In this document: positions 1 through 8,643 of the stretch, in pieces
Layout of the letters: the number at the start of each line of letters is the position of its first letter
Position numbering within the stretch: position 1 is the first letter of the stretch
NCBI GenBank assembly: GCA_905250115.1
Contig: CAJNOI010000092.1
Location: 289,956-304,688, forward strand
Origin: Adineta steineri
Taxonomy: Eukaryota
Length of the DNA stretch: 14,733 nt
Reading direction: 5' to 3'
The notes under the pieces: model-generated
The model's database searches: none
Told to the model about the DNA's origin: nothing
What the model saw: the letters and a program-made list of their open reading frames with translations, nothing else
Translations under genes and position numbers: made by a program

Positions 1-823
1 TTTCTCGATTTGTTGCTTCATTTCTTGCGAATTCTTCAGCTGTCTTACGATCTGTTGTTGTTGATAAGAACGCTTTATTCATTATCTTTTTTCCTACCAT
101 GTACTCCTTAAGATCATCATGAGTTACAGTCATCCCACGATAAACTTTGCCTTTGAATGCCAATGAGTCGAAATCTGGATGATTGTAAAAAAAATCAATA
201 AAATAGGTCAAACCAAAATTTGTTCCTTGATCAAAATGTCTCGTAGCTAAATCTTTGTTTAAATTCACGTAGAAACCTGATTCGACTGTATAAGCTCGAA
301 GAAGAGCCTTTGGATCATGTTGCACTTGATTGAGAAAGGTACGAATACGCTGTTGATCTGTATGAGACATTTCATCTCTGATGTGTTTTATGCGATGTTC
401 TATATTTTTCGGCGTCCATCCAAAGCCTTTATGTCGAAATCGATAATCATTTGCTAATTGTTCAGCTGCTGCATCACATTTCATCCAATCAATATGACCT
501 GAATCTTCCATAGAAAAACGATTCAATGGACGAATGAATAATTTTTTAATGTCTTCTTTTTCCGCCTCATCATAGGGTACACATTTATGACTATTCTGTA
601 TGGAGCGTCTAGCACCTTTTTCTAGTAATAGCTTTACAATTTCCGTATGACCATAGTAAGATGCTGCGTGCAATGCAGTCGACCCGTTGCTTTGGACCAT
701 ATCAATTTCGTCTAATGTCATATTTGGTAATTCTTCTCGTACAACATCAATCAATCCATTGCGACATGCATAATAAAATGGACTTGTTGTCGATGATTGA
801 GATGGATTTGATGATGAAGTCAT
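1..823 (-). CDS. Ankyrin repeat + ADP-ribosyltransferase-like (R-S-E clade ART) protein; 5' end complete, 3' end cut off by window edge
   Basis: Direct translation from ATG at 823..821 stays open to base 1: MTSSSNPSQSSTTSPFYYACRNGLIDVVREELPNMTLDEIDMVQSNGSTALHAASYYGHTEIVKLLLEKGARRSIQN...(ankyrin) ...DFDSLAFKGKVYRGMTVTHDDLKEYMVGKKIMNKAFLSTTTDRKTAEEFARNEATNRE... The YRGM and FLSTT motifs match the Arg and STS motifs of R-S-E ARTs; the catalytic E-x-E would lie outside the window. Not in the supplied ORF track. Confidence 0.85.
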   Translation of the reverse strand, partial: MTSSSNPSQSSTTSPFYYACRNGLIDVVREELPNMTLDEIDMVQSNGSTALHAASYYGHTEIVKLLLEKGARRSIQNSHKCVPYDEAEKEDIKKLFIRPLNRFSMEDSGHIDWMKCDAAAEQLANDYRFRHKGFGWTPKNIEHRIKHIRDEMSHTDQQRIRTFLNQVQHDPKALLRAYTVESGFYVNLNKDLATRHFDQGTNFGLTYFIDFFYNHPDFDSLAFKGKVYRGMTVTHDDLKEYMVGKKIMNKAFLSTTTDRKTAEEFARNEATNRE

Positions 824-865
824 TGATTAAAAAGAATTTATCTAAAAAAATTAAAAAAAAAATCG
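824..865 (-). promoter_or_regulatory. Candidate trans-splice acceptor in a 42-bp intercistronic spacer
   Basis: Minus strand reads TAA(stop)-CGATTTTTTTTTTAATTTTTTTAG|ATAAATTCTTTTTAATCA-ATG; acceptor AG at 843..842, 18 nt before ATG 823. Confidence 0.65.
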
Positions 866-3800
866 TTAATTTTTCTCCTCTGAATGTATCATCCCTTCCA
901 GTTTTACAACTAAGTCTAAAAGTGATTTATTAAAAGTTTCATTAGCGAATTTAATCGGTATTCGATCTCCAATGATGTGATTCAACCATCCTTTTATTGT
1001 ATAATTTTCTTCGATAATCACTGGAATAACTGGACATTCCTGTTTACTTGCAGAATCCACTTCGGCCATACAAAACTTAGAATCACGAAATTTCGATGAT
1101 AAACAAGCGAGAATAGGTATTTTTTTCGCTGCTGCAATTTCCATTAATTCCAAACGATGTTTACCTTGTTTCTCTGTATATACTCGATAACTTCTTTGCC
1201 TCAAACGATCAGCAATTTTTAGACTGATGATTTTATCATTGACATTATTGCTATAACTCATCAGTAGATCAAAAGGAATAGAATCATTCCATTGATCTAT
1301 AGTAGCCACTCGTTCATCATCCATCGTATCTGCTTGTTTATCTCGTCGATTTCGTGCTCGTTCTTCTTCTTTTTGTGTCTGCTCGTAAAGAATCATTTTT
1401 TCACTACCTAATTTCCATATAATTGCTTCAGCTTTCTTCTTCGAATTTACTACTGAACTTTTGCATAATTTCAGAACTTGATCGACAAAAGAATCATTGA
1501 GTTTGAATGTTTTAGTAATTATTGGTCCATGAGAAGATATTTTCCAGGCGATATGTATTGCTAAATGTTGAATTTTTTCCAGATTTTCCGGATCAGGCTG
1601 CTCTTTCTGTACATCTTCACCTTTGCGTTTTGCTTTTTCATTCTCTTGAAAGGCTGAGACACAATTCATTACGGCTGAAGTACTATCTTGATCTTCAACG
1701 AACGTATCAGTAAACGAACCATTTTTCATGATAGCTACAATTTCGAAAAGAAAAGAAGTTTTTCAATACTTTCTGGACTATATTTTGCTACATACTTTTA
1801 AGATTCTTTAAAAGACAGCTTAGTTGTATCCCGTGATAGTATAACTTTGGTACTTTGCTCGATCTATCCATATGTTCAATACAACTTTTTGATAGTGAAT
1901 TCATTTCTTGTAAATCATGAAAGAAAGTTTTATCCAACGTGATCAAAAGAATCTGAGAAGTAAATTGTACTACTCTGTCGATGATATGACGTAATTCTGT
2001 ACAAGTATTGGTCAAATTTTTGCTTTTTATCAGTTCAAGAATTTGTTCATCTACAGCGAGATTGTATAATAAGGTTAAAGATAATCCTATGAATTTGGTT
2101 TGTTTGATCCGTCCTGAGTGATCAAGGAATACTTTATTTTGTAGAACAGAGATTATATCTTCGATAATAGGAGTATTTAAAAATTCTAAACGAATCGATT
2201 GTTGCATGGCAAAATAATTTAACAGTGTAATATGATAGTTCAATGCATCGATTATTCCATCTTCGTTCTTTTTGTCTGTACGTTCTCGAGATTTACCATC
2301 AGATTGACTGAGAATAGGTAAATGTTGTTGAAATATGGTGATCGTGTTTTTGATCATTTTATTCGCTAATGTATCATTTACTTCCTTTTGTCGTTGATAA
2401 CCATGTTGAATGAGAAATTTCGGGCATTCACACATAAAAAAGATATGTTTCGGTGCTAATTCATGACTGGTCGACGGTGCTCCGACTACTACTTTCGTTT
2501 TAGCTAATTCAATATTCTCAAAAACACTGAGATAAAACGTTGAGCTTAAGCATGCTATTACTGGAACCAAGAGAGACTCGACTTCGTGTGTACTTTGCTT
2601 GGTACATACTCTCATACGCTGTATAACACGTTTATATTTCTTTGAGTTGGATTCGTCTTCTGTTTTGGAAAGGTCTTGAATATCATCTTCCAAGTTGCTT
2701 ACGAATTCTTTGCTCAAAAAAACATGTTTGGTACTCAAATCCTCATCTAAAAGTATAAAAGAAATAGAAGCTAGAAAAAGTATTATCAATGATGGCATTA
2801 CTTTGATAAGTTCTAGCTCCATATTGAGCCACTCTCTGTTGAGGTTCATATACGTTATCTTGTAAATATTCCAAATATTCTTGGTGTAATTTCATCGGCT
2901 CATTTTCTTCATCAATATCATTTTCGCTCAAAATATTTGATAACGCATCGTTGGCAAATTTAATACTGGACTCTTTTGCGAGGTTTAATGTCTCAAAAAT
3001 CTTTCGAAAATTCGTGCGTTTTAATAATAACAACAATGTTTTGTCGTAAGCTAAATTGCATAGTAACATGAGAGCATACGCAATAATTCGAACATTGACA
3101 TCGAAAAACTCTTCATTGTTACAAGCCTTAGTCATCAATGAGTGATTATGCAAAATACGAATCATTTCATCGGAAATAGAGCTTTTCAAAAAATATCTTC
3201 TACCCGATGCTGTTAATGATAAATGATTGAGTAATTCAAGATGTGAACATAATCCTTGTAGAACAAGGCCTCTATCATTTTGATCATTTGAATCTAGAGT
3301 ATCGTTAGAAAACGAAAATGAATTAGAAAATGTACTGTTGTTACAAATTATTTACCGTTATCAGGGAAAACTTGATCCATAATGAATTTGGTTTTTGTGA
3401 TCATTACTGGACACAACAATTTTAGAATTTTTTCTTGTGGTATGAGTTCATGCCGAATAATTACTTGAGGACATCGATAGATAAAGAATAATTGTTTGGG
3501 TGTAAGACGAATTTGTCCTAGTTCGATGGTTGTAAACATTTGATAATACATATTTGAACATAAACATTTTACAATCGAATCACATATTGGCTGGACAATG
3601 TTTATTTTAGAGCAGAGACGAACTAGTCGATCGATGACTTTATATTTAACATGATAGGGAGGATAGTCCATTTCAGAGAGATTTTCAATTCCACGTCGAA
3701 GTTTGTCAAAAAATATGCCGGTGAGAAATATATCTTGATATGTTTTGATTGGTAAATTTTCAAAAGAAGATTTTGTTGTAGTTGATGTTGATGTTGGTGG

Positions 3801-4400
3801 TTTCTTAACAACTACTGTTAATTGATTTGGATGTTTTTTTGGTCGAGGAATCATTTCTAGATTCATTGAATTTTTCTCCATGGGACGTGCTTTTGGTGCA
3901 CTTGGATAAAGACGAGCGGTTTTCAAGTTAGGCTTTTCTGTTATGTCCTTAATTTTTCCAGTAGAATAATGGATGGTTTCATCTCTAATATTTGGTTTAC
4001 TCGTGACAGGAGGGATCTCATCTAAAAATCGTCCATAGAATACAGCAATGTATTCATTGTGATATAAACATAATTGTGTAATCAGATAGCTGATCGAATA
4101 GAAAGCATCTTCTTCATGCTTTTTCATTGGTATCGATTGTGAATGATTGGATTTCGTTAGTAACATTTCTAATGTTTGACCAATCAATATAAAGACTGGA
4201 TGATTGATGATGGTGGGATGATTGATCAATTGACTCGTATGCAGATAGGCTAGCTCATCGCACGCAATTGTTAATTGATCTAATCCATCGCTTTTCTTCG
4301 ATCGATATGTGATTGCTTTGAGAAATTGATGTAGTCGATCAAGATATTCTTTTAAGTCTTCAACTGTTAAGGGCAAATGTTTTTGCAATCGAAAATCCAT
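866..4400 (-). CDS. ARM-like helical repeat + TIR domain protein (about 1118 aa), 4 exons
   Basis: Exons 4400..3356, 3293..2802, 2746..1796, 1734..866; introns 62, 55 and 61 bp, all GT-AG and phase 1; summed CDS 3357 nt (divisible by 3). Junctions: ..FPDN|DSNDQNDRG.., ..GARTYQ|NEDLSTK.., ..LLKNLK|TIMKNGSF... ARM-like stretches such as IIAYALMLLCNLAYDKTLLLLLKRTNFRKIFETLNLAKESSIKFANDALSNIL. C-terminal TIR: IPFDLLMSYSNNVNDK...KKIPILACLSSKFRDSKFCMAEVDSASKQECPVIPVIIEENYTIKGWL. Confidence 0.87.
880..1285 (-). other. TIR domain of the ARM-TIR gene
   Basis: FDLLMSYS start, ILACLSSKFRDSKFCMAEVDSA core, VIPVIIEENYTIKGWLNHIIGDRIPIKF end. A Glu at 1063..1061 lies in the C-x-x-E position where NADase TIRs of the SARM1 type carry the catalytic Glu. 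Confidence 0.8.
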
Positions 4401-4439
4401 CACAAAAAATATTGATCTAAAAAAAAAGAATAAGATAGT
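4401..4439 (-). promoter_or_regulatory. Candidate trans-splice acceptor in a 39-bp intercistronic spacer
   Basis: Minus strand reads TGA(stop)-ACTATCTTATTCTTTTTTTTTAG|ATCAATATTTTTTGTG-ATG; acceptor AG at 4418..4417, 16 nt before ATG 4400. Confidence 0.65.
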
Positions 4440-7400
4440 TCATTTAAATCTTTCACATAAATCTTGAAATTCGCGAATATTTTTAATTTTCTGTTCAATA
4501 AATGCTTTAGCTCCTCGAGTCTTTGTCCAAATACGATTTGGATTATCTCGCTCTTCAATTTTTCTTATATCTTCAGCTGTTTTCAATGCATCACCAATCT
4601 TCAATTGATCGACAGATTGACATTCCCATACCACTGAATTCTTTTCAATTTTCATGTCCATTTCATTCTTCGGTTTAGTTTTTCTTAACAGTCTAGCATG
4701 ATATTCATCTGCTTGTTCATCGTTAAAACAACATCCTAAATCCGAAGGAAGTACGGAAAAATACATGGAAGGAGGTGAACAATCGATTAACTCATAAGTT
4801 CGTTGATCACTATCACCTTGTGGTGCTTGATGTATAGTAAATAATGCATCGTTTACATCTCCGGTAGGAGTGAAAGGTGGAAAATTTCCCTTAATGACAT
4901 TCGGTGCTTTTTCTAACCAACGTTTAACACAATACAAAAAGTCATTTAAAGCAATTTGGCAACTTTTATCTAAATAGAAAATGTAATGATTAGATGTTGA
5001 ACAAAACAAATTTTTCGGAACCCACCCAATGGCCAATGTGGCCTTATTTGTGAGTAATCATTCTCGTGTCCTGCCAGCAGTGTTTTAATATCATCCACAA
5101 TCACAGTTAAACTGACAACTAAATCATCTATTTCATCACTGGGAATCTTTTTCACTTCGATTTTTTTCTGTAATTCCTGCTGATAGACTAATTGTAACTG
5201 ACGATTTTGTTCTGGCGTAATTTTTTGTAGTGCCGCAGATTTTTGACCAAAGATGATCTCTTGATAATTTTCATTTTCATTTTCATTTTGTGGCTTGTCT
5301 ATAGTTCTCTTGGCAGGATAAGGTTGACCACTGATACCAGGTTTTGTATAACGTAACTAAAACACGAGGATTAACTCTAATGAAGACATTATGGATTGTT
5401 GTACGAATCTACTTACGAGAGTGGATAATAATTGATCATATTCTAAATCAAAATCATCAATAAATTCCAGATCGATTTCACAATCGAATAAATCATAAAA
5501 TAATGCGGCGAGAGTAAGCGAAGAAAGCCATTCATTATCTTGATTACGCTGTCTGATGACCAATGGAATCAGAGTTTTTTTTATAGATTTTGCGTGATTA
5601 TATGCGGCTATACAATCCAAATCCTTGGAAAACTCCTCAGTAAAAACAACTAAGAATACATCCGACTTTTCGATATCCGATGTAGATAAAGATTTTTTCG
5701 AAGATTTCCTACAGATAGAATAACCTTCGTTAGTCAAACAATTGAACAATTGATGACAAGTTGATTGATTAGAACGACAGTAGCTGAAATAAATATTGTA
5801 ACCAGTGGAAGACGATTGATTTTGATTCGTTGATGTTAATTCATCTGAAATGTCACACATTAATTGACATTTCGCTGTAACTTTTTCAACATCCAGAATT
5901 GATCCAATCAGTTGTAACTCTACATCATTCATCAAAGTCAATCGTAGTAATACAGATTTAGTTAAACAATAACTGTAGAAAGAATTTATCATATGTTGAT
6001 TCCATCGTCTAAAATCGAACTGCAAATTGACACTTCGATTTGAAATGATATGTTTCTGAACATAATCGTTGATTTCATGTTCACATCGTCGAAGATCATC
6101 ATTGGATGAAGTAGTCAACGTGATTTGCATAGCTATCAATGAAAAGCAAATGCAACTTTAATTGAACAGCAGAAGTTGAATATGAACTTACTCGATATTG
6201 CACAAGATACCTGCGCAAAACCATCTTCATATGTTTGTAATTTTGTCAATAATCGAGAAAATTCTGTATAAAGATTTTTTTGCTGATGATTGAATAAGAG
6301 TAGGATTCTCCATTTAGAATTTCGACTCTCAATATCTCGCTTAATTTCATTAATTAAAATTTCAACAAATTGTTTTTGCTGTTCAATCTCCATATTTTCC
6401 CAATTACTAGTTGAAAAAGCGATCCTTATCGCTTGTGGACAACAATTCACTACACTTTGTAAAGTTGATGAAATAAATTTTTCTATTGATTTTCTAAACT
6501 TCTTATTTTGCTTTTCATCATTAGACAGAATAGGTGACCAAAGATAGAAGAAAAATTTTCTACCTGATTTTTCTTCGACATATCCATTATCACTTCGATA
6601 TTCTGTTTGTTCTTCGATAGCTCCAACATCCGATGAAATAATGGTTAAATCTCTCTAAAAGAAAGCAATTGTTGATTTTCCTTGGAAAAATGATCATATA
6701 CCGGTATCGATGCTATTTGATCTGCCAAATAGATTTCGATTGAACTCTGTAATATTGATATCTTTTTCATAGATAATCCTGAACAGAATTCATTAGATCG
6801 TTGAACAGTTAAATTGGACGTAGCTGACGATGACGAAAATGCTTTTGGTATAGGACAAACAATCCAATCCGTTTGATTATCGATCTTCTCAATTCGACAA
6901 TAATTTTTTCTCGCAATTTGGTAAATATGAGTACGTTGATCATCAGTAACGATAATTTCATTACCCATCTTAGAGAATCGGCAAATCGTACTATAAAGAA
7001 TCAAATCAGTGATTTTCTGTTTCACTTTCTCGGCTACATATTGTGGTGCGCTAAATTCTTTTAATCTAATTCGTATTTTCACATGATCATCTTTGTATTC
7101 ATCTTCAATATTTTGAATTTGTTCACAACAGTGATCAAGTAAATATTCTTGCTAGAATATAGACAATCAAACGATTGACTTTATTATTTCACAAATTATA
7201 TCCTTACTTGACTATCCTTCAACGTTAGTCGATATATCTGAACAGTATGTTTTTGAATAAGCGATTGTAATTGTCGTTTGATCTTTTTTAGCAAATTCTT
7301 ACGACCAAATAAACTGATTTTAAAGTGTGTTTTAAATGCATACCGACACTGAATGAAAGCAAATTCAGGATGTTGTTGCATAACGATAAAATCATCGATA

Positions 7401-8020
7401 GCTGTAAGAAAATTTTTGGTATTTTCTTTCGGCATGCCAAGATCTGCAACGTAGCCTATTTCACGAGTTAATATATCAGTAATCTTTTCAGCAGTCGTAG
7501 TATATGGTTCATGAGTGAAATAGATCGCTTTAAGGTAGCCCGAGAACATAGCAGTTTTATCCCATAAAGCGAAGATATTTTCCTTATTCATTATTTCTTC
7601 TATTACAGGAACAACTGAATCAGAAATTATATGTTGAGACCAATATATCACTAAAAGATAAATAAAAATTAAATCAACAGCGTAAGATGTACACTGTGCT
7701 GACTTACTCTTTTGATCAGTATCTTCTCGATTGAAAATTTTTTCTTGTACAGATTCGAATAATTTTTTAATATTGTCACGCGCAGCTTTTACATTTTGCT
7801 TCATACCCACCAATTCAATATCGATATCTTGACTGTCTGTTGAACGAAGACAACATTTGAGACTGTATGCGTTTGATAAATGTTGTTGAAAATGAGCTCG
7901 AAAAATTTCATTATTAAAAAATTTAATACTATGACCATATTTTTCTACTGATAGTACACAGTTTTTACTATAAGAATCATTATTTATACTTCTATCAGTG
8001 GCAGTCGAGGATGTGGCCAT
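4440..8020 (-). CDS. Small alpha/beta (KH-like) repeats + degenerate macro-like region + TIR domain + conserved C-terminal block (about 1081 aa), 7 exons
   Basis: Exons 8020..7708, 7650..7208, 7151..6702, 6654..6192, 6132..5417, 5356..5026, 4969..4440; introns 57,56,47,59,60,56 bp, all GT-AG; phases 1,0,0,1,0,1; CDS 3246 nt. Frame verified at each junction. Start ATG (MATSSTATDRS...) is the first in-frame ATG after a TTCTAG acceptor-like site. Confidence 0.83.
5267..5289 (-). repeat. Hexanucleotide microsatellite encoding an (NE)n linker
   Basis: Plus strand ttttcattttcattttcatttt; minus strand AAT GAA AAT GAA AAT GAA AAT within exon 6 of the 8020->4440 gene. Confidence 0.8.
5430..5805 (-). 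other. TIR domain (divergent) of the minus-strand macro/TIR gene
   Basis: GYNIYFSYCRSNQSTCHQLFNCLTNEGYSICRKS...IEKSDVFLVVFTEEFSKDLDCIAAYNHAKSIKKTLIPLVIRQRNQDNEWLSSLTLAALFYDLFD. Confidence 0.75.
6240..6740 (-). other. Degenerate macro-domain-like region (interrupted by intron 6701..6655)
   Basis: SSIEIYLADQIASIP|RDLTIISSDVGAIEEQTEYRSDNGYVEEKSGRKFFFYLWSPILSNDEKQNKKFRKSIEKFISSTLQSVVNCCPQAIRIAFSTSNW... aligns with the better preserved macro-like region of the plus-strand paralog. Confidence 0.55.
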
Positions 8021-8643
8021 ACTGGAATTTATAAATCTAGAAGTATAAGACAAGTTCTCGATCGCTCGATTCAGGTAAACAATATATTTGAATTTCTTCA
8101 GTTGTTCATCTCATTTTTGTTAGATTTGATTTGTTTTCGGAGAGTGACGACACTATCTGCCTCATTGTCTAACACACTATATGTTAATTTAAAATGGACG
8201 AATAAAGTTGAAAATAAATGGATCAACAACTTTGATCACACCATCAAAAATGTAACAAGATTAGTAAACAGAGACGAAAAACACAAAAAAAATATGTTGC
8301 CTTCCTTTCTTATATGACACTCAAGCGTCGCTTTTTCTTACTATTCAGCGAACGATGTGCATCGACTCTCGGCGAAAAGAAAACGCCGACAGGTGTAAAA
8401 CTCACTTGCATATTTTATTACTTCATAGGAAGAAAAAGAAAGAATTCCTTATTTGATGTTGCTCTCAAATTTACAGACAAGCACATGGTTGGTTTTTTCC
8501 AATCTTTCAAAGAAAAACTGAAAGAAATTGATGCTGCTCCGTTGAAGTTTTGCTAATTAATAACATACTTTTTTTTGTAGAAACATATTTTATTAAATCA
8601 ATTTTTGTTGCATCATCCATTCTCGTCTAAAATTCATTTGTAA
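8021..8643. promoter_or_regulatory. Shared divergent intergenic region between the two head-to-head macro/TIR paralogs
   Basis: Lies between the two divergent start codons (8020 minus, 8644 plus). Acceptor-like sites sit at both edges (TTCTAG just upstream of the minus ATG; TTTTTTTTGTAG ending at 8580). No convincing long coding region. Confidence 0.5.

Noticed and set aside
661-933. Plus-strand 90-aa ORF
   Set aside because: Antisense to the well-supported ankyrin-ART start and the ARM-TIR end; no recognisable protein features.
1522-1713. Plus-strand 63-aa ORF
   Set aside because: Fully antisense to exon 4 of the ARM-TIR gene; no domain signal.
3623-3811. 62-aa minus-strand ORF in another frame
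   Set aside because: Nested in exon 1 of the ARM-TIR gene in a shifted frame; His/Gln-rich low complexity, a by-product of the linker sequence.
4400-4442. Single giant fusion gene joining the macro/TIR and ARM-TIR ORFs in cis
   Set aside because: The nearest donor-like GT gives ...TAT CAA TAT TTT TTG TGA, an immediate stop, and the C-terminus before TGA aligns with the C-terminal region of the plus-strand paralog. A more distant donor is not fully excluded.
6290-6547. Plus-strand 85-aa ORF
   Set aside because: Antisense to exon 4 of the minus macro/TIR gene, whose splicing and paralog alignment support the minus strand.
6873-7064. Plus-strand 63-aa ORF
   Set aside because: Antisense to exon 3 of the minus macro/TIR gene; no family resemblance.
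8102-8556. Two plus-strand small ORFs (71 and 80 aa) in the divergent promoter region
   Set aside because: Mixed composition, no recognisable domain, no supported splice links. Kept as intergenic; a short upstream exon cannot be excluded without RNA data.
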